This document shows, in pieces, positions 63,590 to 64,000 of a stretch of DNA of 64,000 bases (its first letter is position 1; every line of letters begins with the position of its first letter). Below the pieces are notes generated by a model. That model saw only the letters and a list, made by a program, of their open reading frames with translations. It did no database searches and was not told the DNA's origin. The stretch spans positions 48,732,001-48,796,000 of the forward strand of contig NC_043006.1 in the NCBI RefSeq assembly GCF_006345805.1, read 5' to 3'. Position numbers and translations under genes: made by a program. Source of the stretch: Octopus sinensis. Lineage: Eukaryota.

Positions 63590-64000
63590 CAAATCAAAAT
63601 AGATGAACATCAATGGAATTTGTATCTTTGTGGTACCAGTGCCGGTGGCACACAAGAAAATCATCCTAACGTGGCCGTAGCCAGTACCGCATAGACTGGC
63701 CTCCGTGCTTTGGGGACGTAACAAACACCATCCGATCGTGGCCGTCCGCCAGCCTCATCTGGCACCTGTGTCGGTGGCACATAAAAACACCATCCGAACG
63801 TGGCCGTCTGCCAGCCTCGTCTGGCACCTGTGTCGGTGGCACATAAAAACACCATCCGAGCGTGGCCGTTCGCCAGCCTCGTCTGGCACCTGTGTCGGTG
63901 GCACATAAAATCACCCACTACACTCTCGGAGTGGTTGGCGTTAGGAAGGGCATCCAGCTGTAGAAACACTGCCAGATCTGACTGGCCTGGTGCAGCCTTC
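63590..64000 (+). mobile_element. Retroposon family D with an internal 62-bp unit x3, running off the window end
   Basis: Units start at 63723, 63785, 63847; followed by GTGGTTGGCGTTAGGAAGGGCATCCAGCTGTAGAAAC. Confidence 0.75.

Noticed and set aside
53200-64000. Expected P2/P3 exons of the receptor
   Set aside because: No LEGLMK.LNAI-type P3 motif or convincing exon found; assumed to lie beyond the window.

Overview
AT-rich eukaryotic genomic DNA. The SINE, MITE and microsatellite content points to a cephalopod, probably Octopus (inference). The window is the central and 3' part of one + strand gene encoding a neogenin/DCC/frazzled-family netrin receptor. I reconstructed 14 GT-AG exons by hand (9604-53146; 2444 nt, about 814 codons) whose phases all join. 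They encode the C-terminal half of FN3-1, FN3-2 to FN3-6, a proline-rich stalk, the transmembrane helix, the P1 motif (KPPDLWIHHDQMEMKN) and further cytoplasmic sequence. The Ig domains and start of FN3-1 lie upstream of the window; I found no P2/P3 exons, so the gene probably continues past 64000. Introns hold tRNA-derived SINEs, RTE LINE fragments, MITEs, a mariner relic and Penelope-type remnants. The main leads are: (1) candidate frame-matched 33-nt micro-exons at 176-208 (polybasic HKKRRRKGEI insert in FN3-1) and 52818-52850 (LD-motif-like LENLDALVKAI); (2) an in-frame alternative acceptor with a YCAY cluster at the FN4-FN5 linker, where vertebrate DCC/NEO1 have a NOVA-regulated long/short switch; (3) two sense-strand minimal hammerhead ribozyme motifs in introns; (4) near-perfect intronic fold-backs, including a perfect 82-bp inverted duplication interleaved with a MITE. 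All splice and RNA-structure calls come from reading the sequence only and need RNA-seq or biochemical tests.
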